Part shown: one piece after another, positions 29,185 through 38,063 of the stretch
Position numbering within the stretch: the stretch's first letter is position 1
Layout: each line of letters starts with the position of its first letter
Origin: Porphyromonas sp.
GTDB lineage: Bacteria > Bacteroidota > Bacteroidia > Bacteroidales > Paludibacteraceae
Assembly: GCA_020726365.1 (NCBI GenBank)
Contig: DYSC01000001.1
Span: forward strand, 15,808 to 74,122
Direction: 5' to 3'
DNA length: 58,315 nt
Notes under the pieces: model-generated
Told to the model about the DNA's origin: nothing
The model's input: the letters and a program-made list of their open reading frames with translations, nothing else
The model's database searches: none
Program-made: the position numbers and the translations under genes

Positions 29185-31482
29185 ATGAAAATCTTGAACT
29201 ACATATTATCATTGTTTATAGGGTTGTTTTGGTTTGGTACGATAAGTGCTCAGCAAGTGAGTACACTCTATTTTCTGGAGAATGTGCCTATACGCCATAC
29301 TTTTAATCCAGCATTACAACCTCTTTCGGACTTTTATCTGAGTTTGCCTGTAATTGGCAATACACAGTTGAATGTAGGGAACAATTCGTTGTATGCCGGT
29401 ATGCTCAATTTAACCAAACCGGAATTTTTAAGCCTGTTGAAACCAATAACTTTGTTAAACGCCAATGCCGATATTAATCTTTTTGGTTTCGGATTTCGCA
29501 CCCGCACTTCGTATTGGAATTTTACTGTAACTTCAAAAACAGCATTGAAGATTGGTTTGCCTAAAGATTTGTTAAGATTGGGCATTGACGGTAATGTTAA
29601 TATTGTAGATGGAGTTCCTCAGCTCGAAAATAATATTTTTGATATGAAATCGTTTGGTCTGAATGCAGATACGTATATCGAAGCCGCATTAGGATATTCA
29701 AAACAACTTAACGAAAAATGGTCTGTTGGTTTAAAACTTAAATACTTACATGGATTAGCAACTGCTAATATGCGTTTCGAAAAATTTCTGTACACTGCCG
29801 GAATTGACCAATGGAAAATTAATATAGATGGGACAGCCAATTATGCCTATCCAGATATTGAAAATTTTGATATCAATATGCTTACGAAGCCTCTTGGACT
29901 TGGGGGAGCTGTTGATATGGGAATAGTCTATCGTCCAAATGAGAAATTCATTTTTGGGGCTGCAATTAATGATTTAGGTATGATTAGCTGGAATAAGTTA
30001 CAACAAAATTATGGATTAAAATTAGACTATTCATTAAATGGAATTACAAATTTATCTTTTACAACCTTAGCAAATGGAATAAATACAAACACAATTTTTA
30101 CTGATTTATTAACAGGTTTAAAAGATTCGTTAAATGATACAACAACTTATAATACTTTTCATAGCTTGATAACTCCAAGAATAAATATAAGTGGAGAATA
30201 TGGTTTTCTGAATAATGTTTTAAGTGTTGGGCTGCTTTCGTCGACCGCAATTTATAATAATTCATTGTATTTTACCCTAACACCTTCTATTAATGTTCAC
30301 CCTGCCAATTGGTTAAACCTTTCGCTCTCCTATTCATTACTTAATGGTAGAGGTGCTAATATTGGTGCCGGTTTGGGATTCCGCTTCGGGATGATAAATG
30401 CTTTTATTACAGCCGATTATATTCCACTGAACTATGCTCCGCTTACTACTCCTTTGTCTGTTTCAGCGCCAGTAATTGGAGCACTTACTATCTCGAGTGT
30501 ACCAGCACGAACCGATCGGTTGAACGTTGCTTTTGGTTTCAACATCGTTTTTGGCAACAAGCAGGATAAAGACAAAGATGGTGTAAGTAATCGACGCGAT
30601 AAGTGTCCTGACACCCCACATGGAGTTATTGTGGATAAAAAAGGCTGTCCGTTAGATACAGATAAGGATTCGATACCAGATTATTACGACAAATGCCCTG
30701 ATACCCCTAAAGAAGCTTACAGCTCAATAGATTCGGATGGCTGTCCGCTTGATACGGATGGTGATGGTGTATTCGATTATTTAGACAAATGTCCGGATAC
30801 ACCTTATCAAGCCTACGGAACAGTTGATAAAAAAGGATGTCCGAAAGATACTGACAACGACAGTGTACCTGATTATTTGGATAAATGTCCTTCAACTCCT
30901 ATGGCTGAACGTACGAATGTCGACTCAGTTGGTTGTACAATTGTTATTGTTCAGCCGGTTGTGGTGGATACAGTGCCGGTTGACACTGTGAAAGCGCCGA
31001 TTGTTGATGTCAAACCTGTAGTTGCTGATGTTGATACGGATGGTGATGGAATTGTTGATCGATTAGACCGTTGTCCGCAATTGGCGGGTGTGGCTTCAAA
31101 CGATGGCTGCCCCGAAATTAAGAAAGAAGTGCGTGTCATTTTCCAGAAGGCATTACAGGGAATTCAATTCGAAACAGCAAAATTTATAATTAAACCGCTT
31201 TCGTACGTAATTCTCCAAAATGTAGCTCGTGTATTGAGCGAAAACCCGAACTACATGGTCGAAATTCAGGGACATACCGATAATGAAGGCTTACCTGAAA
31301 AGAACCTGATTTTGTCCGAAAACAGAGCAAATGCAGTGCGTGATTATCTTATTTCGAAAGATATTGATGCCAAACGGTTAACAGCAAAAGGTTATGGACA
31401 AATGCGTCCGGTTGCACCAAATTCAACAATTGAAGGCAGAGCTAAGAACAGAAGAGTAGAGTTTGTTGTTAGTTTTGAATAA
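29185..31482 (+). CDS. DUF5723-like outer-membrane barrel + 5 TSP3-like repeats + OmpA C-terminal domain
   Basis: Signal peptide, TFNPA, TSP3-like repeats with a V/P/D/T-rich linker, IQGHTDN, NRRVEF. Confidence 0.85.
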   Translation: MKILNYILSLFIGLFWFGTISAQQVSTLYFLENVPIRHTFNPALQPLSDFYLSLPVIGNTQLNVGNNSLYAGMLNLTKPEFLSLLKPITLLNANADINLFGFGFRTRTSYWNFTVTSKTALKIGLPKDLLRLGIDGNVNIVDGVPQLENNIFDMKSFGLNADTYIEAALGYSKQLNEKWSVGLKLKYLHGLATANMRFEKFLYTAGIDQWKINIDGTANYAYPDIENFDINMLTKPLGLGGAVDMGIVYRPNEKFIFGAAINDLGMISWNKLQQNYGLKLDYSLNGITNLSFTTLANGINTNTIFTDLLTGLKDSLNDTTTYNTFHSLITPRINISGEYGFLNNVLSVGLLSSTAIYNNSLYFTLTPSINVHPANWLNLSLSYSLLNGRGANIGAGLGFRFGMINAFITADYIPLNYAPLTTPLSVSAPVIGALTISSVPARTDRLNVAFGFNIVFGNKQDKDKDGVSNRRDKCPDTPHGVIVDKKGCPLDTDKDSIPDYYDKCPDTPKEAYSSIDSDGCPLDTDGDGVFDYLDKCPDTPYQAYGTVDKKGCPKDTDNDSVPDYLDKCPSTPMAERTNVDSVGCTIVIVQPVVVDTVPVDTVKAPIVDVKPVVADVDTDGDGIVDRLDRCPQLAGVASNDGCPEIKKEVRVIFQKALQGIQFETAKFIIKPLSYVILQNVARVLSENPNYMVEIQGHTDNEGLPEKNLILSENRANAVRDYLISKDIDAKRLTAKGYGQMRPVAPNSTIEGRAKNRRVEFVVSFE

Positions 31483-31505
31483 ATTAAATTGTGTAAGAAT
31501 ACCGA

Positions 31506-31874
31506 ATGAAGATAATTTTAATTGTGCTGGGCGTTTTAAGCTTGGCATTGGGAGTTTTGGGGGCTTTTTTGCCTCTATTACCAGCCACTCCATTTATATT
31601 ACTGGCAGCTTATTTGTTTGCCCGAAGCTCTCCAACGTTGAATGCATGGATTTTAAATCATAAAGTTTTTGGACAAATAATTCACGATTATCGTGTGGAT
31701 AAATCAATTACATTGCATGCCAAAGTAATTTCGATAACCATGCTTTGGATTTTTATACTAAGTTCTGTCTTTCTTGCTTTGAATGGAAAGATGTGGTTGC
31801 AGGTATTGCTTTTAAGTATTGCAACAGGGGTTACAATTCATATTCTCCGGTTTAAAACCAAGCATAAAAATTAG
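31506..31874 (+). CDS. YbaN/DUF454 family membrane protein
   Basis: LGVLGAFLPLLPATPFILLAAYLFARSS. Confidence 0.9.
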   Translation: MKIILIVLGVLSLALGVLGAFLPLLPATPFILLAAYLFARSSPTLNAWILNHKVFGQIIHDYRVDKSITLHAKVISITMLWIFILSSVFLALNGKMWLQVLLLSIATGVTIHILRFKTKHKN

Positions 31875-33028
31875 TCTTCTGATTTCGTAATAACTTGATA
31901 AACAGTTTCTTTTAAGTGACAATTGCAGTTGTATACGCCGTTTTCAATCAATCCGTTACGTTTTAAAATTTCCAACTCTTTTCCAAAACTTTGAGTGAAA
32001 ATACCGCTGTTAATATTGTCCTCAATTTGCTGTAGTGTCCACCATTTTACACAATCAATCATTTCGGGATTAATATCTACCACTTTCAGGTTACATATTA
32101 GGAAAAGGTAAATGTATTGCTTTTCGGTGGCTGTATCCTGTACATACTGCGAAAGTAGAATGGGTTTAATATCTTTCATTCCATAGTTTTCGTGTGAAGT
32201 TCTGTAAATACATTGCTCCACAGTTTCGTTCATTCGTAGGTGGTTTGAGATAGCCATATCCCACATAAACGGATATTGAGGGTCTTTGGATGTCCTTTTT
32301 TGAAGAAATATTTTTGAGTCATTTATCACTATCCCTCTTACAATCGGGTGTCGGTATTTTACGTTTTCCGATATGCTTTCCTGATCCTGAATGGATCCTA
32401 TAACTGCACCTTTTTCATTTACAATTGGCCACCACTCTTCTTTAAATAGTCGGATGCGAATAAGCGTTACACGAATAAATTCGTAAAACATTATAAAAAT
32501 TAGTATCACCCAATGTGTTGTACGAATGTATTTTAAAAATGTGGACGATGGGTAGCAGAAATATATTGCTGTAATGTAGGTTGCTATATATAAGGCGATT
32601 ACAACTGTTATTGACCACACAATTCTGAAATGTTCATCGATATTGTTTCTCATAGCTACGTGTCGGGGCGTTACCGCCGAAACAAATTCTGTTATTCTTT
32701 TTCGTAGAAGTAATATGAGAATAAAGGATAACATGGCAATTATTTCGCCTGTTACGGGCTTGATATTCGAAGAAACCATGTTTTCGGGAAAGAAGATTAT
32801 AAGTGCAAAAATGAGAGAACTTACCAAATAGGAAATGCCAAGATATTTGTAAATATTGCTATACTTTAAATAACTGTACACCAAAATTGCAACTACTACA
32901 AAATACACTATTTCCAGCGCCAGACTACTTTCAAAATTATCGTCGATAAAAAGAAAAAGTAAAAGAGGTATAAAGTGTAGAACTGGATTGAAAAAGGATT
33001 CGTTTATATGTTTTCTAAATGCTTGCAT
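31871..33028 (-). CDS. Multi-TM membrane protein with a degenerate C-terminal NUDIX (IDI-like) domain
   Basis: About 6 TM helices, then EEWWPIVNEKG, HPIVRG, LQKR, WD; Nudix box glutamates largely missing. Confidence 0.75.
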   Translation of the reverse strand: MQAFRKHINESFFNPVLHFIPLLLFLFIDDNFESSLALEIVYFVVVAILVYSYLKYSNIYKYLGISYLVSSLIFALIIFFPENMVSSNIKPVTGEIIAMLSFILILLLRKRITEFVSAVTPRHVAMRNNIDEHFRIVWSITVVIALYIATYITAIYFCYPSSTFLKYIRTTHWVILIFIMFYEFIRVTLIRIRLFKEEWWPIVNEKGAVIGSIQDQESISENVKYRHPIVRGIVINDSKIFLQKRTSKDPQYPFMWDMAISNHLRMNETVEQCIYRTSHENYGMKDIKPILLSQYVQDTATEKQYIYLFLICNLKVVDINPEMIDCVKWWTLQQIEDNINSGIFTQSFGKELEILKRNGLIENGVYNCNCHLKETVYQVITKSED

Positions 33029-33064
33029 TCTGTTTTATTATCGGTGTCTCAAGCATTTAAACAA

Positions 33065-33095
33065 CAAAGGTCGGGTTTAGTTTGCCCGACCTTTG
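33065..33095. terminator. Hairpin downstream of riboflavin synthase
   Basis: CAAAGGTCGGG / CCCGACCTTTG, 11-bp stem. Confidence 0.7.
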
Positions 33096-33115
33096 CAAAA
33101 AAAAAGTTAAATGAG

Positions 33116-33715
33116 TTAAAACGACATCATTCTGCTTACATATTTACCTATAATATCAAACTCTAAATTCACAATCGTACCTTTCTGTATTTGATGAAAA
33201 TTAGTATGCTCGTATGTATACGGAATAATGGCTACCTGAAATGTGTTATCGGTTGGGTTGCAAACTGTCAGACTTACGCCATTTACAGTTACCGAGCCTT
33301 TATCTACAGTCATATATCCGCGTTTAGCCATTTCTTTGTCGAGTGCATATTCGAAGGTAAAATACCAACTACCATCGGCTTCTTTCACTTCGGTACAAAC
33401 GGCAGTTTGGTCGACATGTCCTTGAACGATATGACCATCTAACCGACCGGTCATTAGCATACTACGCTCCAGATTCACTTTACTGCCAGCTACTAATTTT
33501 CCCAGATTGGTGTGGTCGAGTGTTTCCTTGATAGCTGTAACAGTGTACGTTGTGTCTGTTTTTTCCACAACTGTGAGGCAAACACCATTGTGTGCCACGC
33601 TTTGGTCAATTTTCAGTTCGCCAACAAACGAACATGTCATTGTTAAATGCAGATTCTCTTGTTCCTTAAGCAATGCAACTACCTGGGCTGCTTCTTCTAT
33701 TATTCCTGAAAACAT
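33116..33715 (-). CDS. ribE: Riboflavin synthase (alpha chain)
   Basis: MFSGII, SVAHNGVCLTV, VNLER, GHIVQGHVD, GVSLTV. Confidence 0.95.
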   Translation of the reverse strand: MFSGIIEEAAQVVALLKEQENLHLTMTCSFVGELKIDQSVAHNGVCLTVVEKTDTTYTVTAIKETLDHTNLGKLVAGSKVNLERSMLMTGRLDGHIVQGHVDQTAVCTEVKEADGSWYFTFEYALDKEMAKRGYMTVDKGSVTVNGVSLTVCNPTDNTFQVAIIPYTYEHTNFHQIQKGTIVNLEFDIIGKYVSRMMSF

Positions 33716-33731
33716 ATTAAACTTTAATTTA

Positions 33732-33900
33732 ACCTCTCCCTGACCCTCTCCAAGGGAGAGGGAATGCTCATATTATCGAGCTTAATTCGTAGAAAGTATT
33801 TTTAATAATATTGATTTGTAATTCTATAAGTACTTGTATTTTAGCAACAATTAATTAAAATCTCTCACCCCTTCTCCTTTGGAAAGGGTTGGGGAGAGGC
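33732..33900. repeat. Inverted pair of REP-like CCCTCTCC..GGAGAGGG elements
   Basis: Plus strand ACCTCTCCCTGACCCTCTCCAAGGGAGAGGGA (33732-33763); minus strand GCCTCTCCCCAACCCTTTCCAAAGGAGAAGGGG (33900-33868). Confidence 0.8.
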
Positions 33901-35205
33901 TAAGAGATATGCTTTGAAATCCTTAAACTCCTTCGTCATGGGTTCGCTTTTCTTTTCGCCTTTCATAAATTCCTGCAATTTCTCGGGGATTTCAATTTTT
34001 TCGCCTAAAATTCGTTCTACGGTTTCGAGGAATTTTGCTGGATGCGCTGTTTCGAGGAAAACCCCTACTTCGCCTGGTTGCAGCATTTCTTTTAATGCGC
34101 GATAGCCGCAAGCTCCATGAGGGTCAAGTAAATAACCTGTTTCTTTTTTGCAGGTTTTCAGCGTTTCTGCTATCTGTTCGTCGGTGTAGCTTACACCGCT
34201 TATTTCTGCAGAGATAGCTTTGTGTGAACCACCATACAAATCGAGCACGCGTGCAAAATTGCTTGGGTCGCCCACATCCATGGCGTTGGCAATGGTCGAA
34301 ACAGAAGGGCGTGGTTTGTATTCGCCGGTTTTCAGGTATTCCAGAAAAATATCGTTGCGGTTATTCGCAGCAATAAAGCGTTTGATAGGTAAGCCCATGC
34401 GTTTAGCAAAAAGTCCGGCAGTGATATTACCAAAATTACCACTTGGCACGCAAACAACCATATTGTTGGCAGCCGCTTCCGAAATGGCTTTCAGTTGTGC
34501 ATAAGCATAGAAATAATAAAATGCCTGAGGTAAGAAACGTGCTACATTTATTGAATTTGCCGAAGTCAACTTCATGTTAGCATTTAACTCTTCGTCCATA
34601 AAAGCCGCTTTTACCAATGCCTGACAATCGTCAAATGTGCCATCAACTTCCAAAGCTGTAATGTTTTGTCCCAAGGTTGTGAACTGACATTCCTGAATAG
34701 GACTTACTAAGCCTTTGGGGTAAAGCACGTATACATGAATACCTTCAACACCTAAAAATCCGTTGGCAACTGCGCTACCTGTATCGCCCGAAGTGGCAAC
34801 AAGCACATTCACCAATTTGTGGTTATCATCCTGTCGTTGAATAAAATACGATAACATGCGCGACATAAATCGACCACCCACATCTTTAAATGCCAGTGTT
34901 GGTCCGTGAAAAAGTTCCAGGCTGTAGTTGTTTTCCTCCACCCGAACCAAAGGTACATCAAAATTCAGCGTGTCATGCACAATCATTTTAAGCATATTAG
35001 CATGTACATCTTCGCCAAAAAGCATGTATGCAGCTGTGTAGGCCATATCTTCGAAACTCATTTTATCAATGTTTTCGTAAAATACAGCCGGAATTTCCAG
35101 AATGTGATCCGGCATAAATAAGCCTTTGTCTTCGGCTAATCCTTTAATTACGGCGTCGTCTAAACTTACGCCACTTACTTTTTTGTTGGTACTGTAGTAT
35201 TTCAT
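33865..35205 (-). CDS. thrC: Threonine synthase
   Basis: ELFHGPTLAFKD, ATSGDTG, SANSIN, PSGNFGN, TAHPAKF. Confidence 0.97.
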   Translation of the reverse strand: MKYYSTNKKVSGVSLDDAVIKGLAEDKGLFMPDHILEIPAVFYENIDKMSFEDMAYTAAYMLFGEDVHANMLKMIVHDTLNFDVPLVRVEENNYSLELFHGPTLAFKDVGGRFMSRMLSYFIQRQDDNHKLVNVLVATSGDTGSAVANGFLGVEGIHVYVLYPKGLVSPIQECQFTTLGQNITALEVDGTFDDCQALVKAAFMDEELNANMKLTSANSINVARFLPQAFYYFYAYAQLKAISEAAANNMVVCVPSGNFGNITAGLFAKRMGLPIKRFIAANNRNDIFLEYLKTGEYKPRPSVSTIANAMDVGDPSNFARVLDLYGGSHKAISAEISGVSYTDEQIAETLKTCKKETGYLLDPHGACGYRALKEMLQPGEVGVFLETAHPAKFLETVERILGEKIEIPEKLQEFMKGEKKSEPMTKEFKDFKAYLLASPQPFPKEKG

Positions 35206-35239
35206 AATCGCCCCTAACTCCTAAAGGGGTATGAGATTT

Positions 35240-36445
35240 TTATTTAATTAGTGTTTGCATAAATTCCATTCCTTTTAGTAAACCATAGTTTCCTTTTTCT
35301 GCAGCAAACTCATCGTAAACCATTACTTCGTCAGGTGTTTCGCCAGAACGATAAATGATAAACGGTACCGGTTTGTTGGTATGTGTTTTAATGGCGCAGG
35401 GTGTAGGATGGTCGGGAAGAATGGCAATAGTTACAGGCTCATTCCATGTTGAAACTTCGTCCCAAATTGGTTTTACAATTCTCGCATCTAAGTATTCTAT
35501 TGTTTTAATTTTTAATGCAACATCGCCTTCGTGTCCAGCTTCATCACTTGCTTCTATGTGCAAATACACAAAATCATCCGTTTTAAGAGCTTCGATGGCA
35601 GCCTTTGCTTTTCCTTCATAATTTGTATTCCATAATCCTGTAATGCCTTCTACCTCAATTACTTTTAGTCCGGCATATACACCAATTCCGCGAATAAGGT
35701 CTACTGCCGAAATTACCGAACCGCTTTTCAGATTATAAAGTTCCATAAGCGTTTTCATATTGGGTTTGTAGCCTGGCGACCAGGGCCAAATACTGTTGGC
35801 TTTGTCTTTTCCGGCAGCGGCGCGTTTTAGGTTTATAGGATGATTTTCGAGTAAAGCCTGCGATTTCAGAATTAACTCATTCAATAATTCTGCTGTTGGT
35901 TGAGCTTCTTCTGCTTTTGCCTGAATCATTACTTCGGCAAACGGAGTACCGGGAACATCATGTGGTGGAGTGCATTTCAGTTGTTTTTTTCCTCCTTTTA
36001 TTTTTAACAAATGGCGATACGAAACGCCCGAAAAGAAATTAACCTGCTCGTTTCCAAGCTCTTTTTGTAAAAAAAGAATCAACTCTTCGGCTTCTTCATT
36101 GCTGATATGTCCTGCTGAGTGATTCTTGATTTTTCCATCGGCAATGCAAATCAAATTGCAACGCATGGCCATTTCGCCCGCTTCGATAGTCACACCCATG
36201 CTTGCTGCCTCCAACGAGCCACGTCCTTCAAAAACCTTGGGTACATCGTATCCCATAACACTCATATTGGCAATTTCGCTTCCGGGAGCAAAGCCCACAG
36301 GAATTGTATCAAGCAGTCCACTTCGTCCCAATACTGCTATTTTATCAATATTGGGTTTGTTTGCCGCCTGCAAGCAGGTTTTATTATTGAGCGATTCGAT
36401 AGGCTCATCTGCCATACCATCGCCTAGAATTATTATGTATTTCAT
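35240..36445 (-). CDS. apgM: Cofactor-independent phosphoglycerate mutase family (ApgM-like, proposed homoserine kinase subfamily)
   Basis: GDGMAD, PGSEIAN, SYRH, PPHD, DEAGH, PDHPTP; adjacent to thrC. Confidence 0.85.
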   Translation of the reverse strand: MKYIIILGDGMADEPIESLNNKTCLQAANKPNIDKIAVLGRSGLLDTIPVGFAPGSEIANMSVMGYDVPKVFEGRGSLEAASMGVTIEAGEMAMRCNLICIADGKIKNHSAGHISNEEAEELILFLQKELGNEQVNFFSGVSYRHLLKIKGGKKQLKCTPPHDVPGTPFAEVMIQAKAEEAQPTAELLNELILKSQALLENHPINLKRAAAGKDKANSIWPWSPGYKPNMKTLMELYNLKSGSVISAVDLIRGIGVYAGLKVIEVEGITGLWNTNYEGKAKAAIEALKTDDFVYLHIEASDEAGHEGDVALKIKTIEYLDARIVKPIWDEVSTWNEPVTIAILPDHPTPCAIKTHTNKPVPFIIYRSGETPDEVMVYDEFAAEKGNYGLLKGMEFMQTLIK

Positions 36446-36476
36446 TGGATGTTGTTCAAATCTTAATAAATTCCAT

Positions 36477-36713
36477 TTAGTGTTTTTCTGATATTTCTCT
36501 TAAAAAATTGGGACAAAAGTCATAACCATTCTCACATGCTATTCCACCGAATTCATCAATTTTTACTTTCTCAAAGTAATTTTTATCTAAAAGTTCAGCT
36601 GAAATACCTTCATTAATAAACGGACGTAAATTAATTAAAGCATCTTTATTATCAGCAAATTTGACCCAAATAGAATAATTTTCAACTGGTTTTATTTCAA
36701 TTATTTTTTCCAT
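36477..36713 (-). CDS. DUF2442 family protein (putative antitoxin)
   Basis: VKPxxxYxIWVKF-like start, F.KVKID, ENGYDFCP; follows the DUF4160 gene. Confidence 0.8.
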   Translation of the reverse strand: MEKIIEIKPVENYSIWVKFADNKDALINLRPFINEGISAELLDKNYFEKVKIDEFGGIACENGYDFCPNFLREISEKH

Positions 36714-36719
36714 AACGAT

Positions 36720-36980
36720 TTATTTTAATGGTTCAATAGGATTTAATTCAGCCATTTTACGAGCTAATTCCCAATCAAGCATTAAATCTTCTCTGTGTTC
36801 ATCAGCCCATTCAAGTACCAATGCTTTTGCACGTTTTGGTAAATCTCCATTTAAAATTTGTAGAGTTCTAATATCAATTTCAGCAACAAATTCCCCATAT
36901 TTGGCATGAAATTGCGGTGGATTATGCTCATTATAATAAAGAGCAATTATAATTCCATAAAATCGGCTAATTTCTGGCAT
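36720..36980 (-). CDS. DUF4160 family protein (putative HicA-like toxin)
   Basis: MPEISRFYGI, EHNPPQFHAKYG, LVLEWA, IEPL. Confidence 0.88.
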   Translation of the reverse strand: MPEISRFYGIIIALYYNEHNPPQFHAKYGEFVAEIDIRTLQILNGDLPKRAKALVLEWADEHREDLMLDWELARKMAELNPIEPLK

Positions 36981-36992
36981 ATCAATTTAGGG

Positions 36993-38015
36993 TTACAAAA
37001 AATCTTTATAATCCGGCAAAGCCTTCTCAAATTTCTGAATAGCTTCGTCTAATGTTGTATAACTCTCACCACCGGCAGCATTTAAGTGCCCGCCTCCGTT
37101 AAACAAATCAGCCGACACTTTGTTTGCCGGAAAGGTACCTTGTGAGCGCAACGAAATTTTTATTTTATCGCTGTCTTCACGCATAAACACCGAGAATAAA
37201 ACGCCATCAATCGAAAGCGGTAAGTTTACAAGTCCTTCGGCGTCGCCATTTTGGTAATTAAATTCCTTTAATTCATTCAAAGAGAGCGTAATAAGAGCTG
37301 CTTTGTATTCGGGATATACTTTCATTTTATTATAAAGTGCATATCCCATCAAGCGCATTCTGTCAGCTGAATAATTGTTAAATACTAGGCGGTAAATGGC
37401 ATCTTTATCTACACCAATTTTTATCAATTCGTTGATAATAATATAAATTTCGGGTTTGTTGGAGTTATACGTAAATGCACCTGTGTCGGTCATCATGCCG
37501 GTATAAATACATTCGGCACAAGCCATATTTATTTTCGAAAAATCGCCTAAACGGCATATCAATCTGAAAATCAATTCGCTGGTTGACGAAATTTCGGGAT
37601 ACGAAATTGTAACCTTGGCATAATCGCCCGGATGTAAATGGTGGTCAACTAAAATTTTTGGAGCAGCAGCATTCATAATGGCTGTTTCCATTTTCGCTAA
37701 GCGGTTTGGTACATTAAAATCGAGTGTAAAAATCAGTTCAGCGTTGGCAATAATTTCGTCGCAAATCGACTTTTTTTGTTCGTAAACGAGCACATTTTCA
37801 GAACCCGGCATCCACGACAAGAAGTTTGGGAAGGCTGTTGGTACAATCACTACCGGCTCTTTTTCGATAGTCATTAGGTAATGCCACATTGCTAACGACG
37901 AACCCATAGCATCGCCATCAGGACCTACATGAACCACAATTACTATTTTGTCAGCCCTATTGAGTTCCTTTTCAACCTTGTGAATAAGGTCTTCGGCTAT
38001 TATTTTTGAAATCAT
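36993..38015 (-). CDS. nrnA: DHH family phosphoesterase (NrnA-like)
   Basis: HVGPDGDA, DHH, TDTG, SLRS, GGGH; -7 box at 38038-38045. Confidence 0.9.
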   Translation of the reverse strand: MISKIIAEDLIHKVEKELNRADKIVIVVHVGPDGDAMGSSLAMWHYLMTIEKEPVVIVPTAFPNFLSWMPGSENVLVYEQKKSICDEIIANAELIFTLDFNVPNRLAKMETAIMNAAAPKILVDHHLHPGDYAKVTISYPEISSTSELIFRLICRLGDFSKINMACAECIYTGMMTDTGAFTYNSNKPEIYIIINELIKIGVDKDAIYRLVFNNYSADRMRLMGYALYNKMKVYPEYKAALITLSLNELKEFNYQNGDAEGLVNLPLSIDGVLFSVFMREDSDKIKISLRSQGTFPANKVSADLFNGGGHLNAAGGESYTTLDEAIQKFEKALPDYKDFL

Positions 38016-38063
38016 AAGATGCTTTCTATTTTGAGTGCAAAAGTAATAAAAAAAAGAGAGTTT

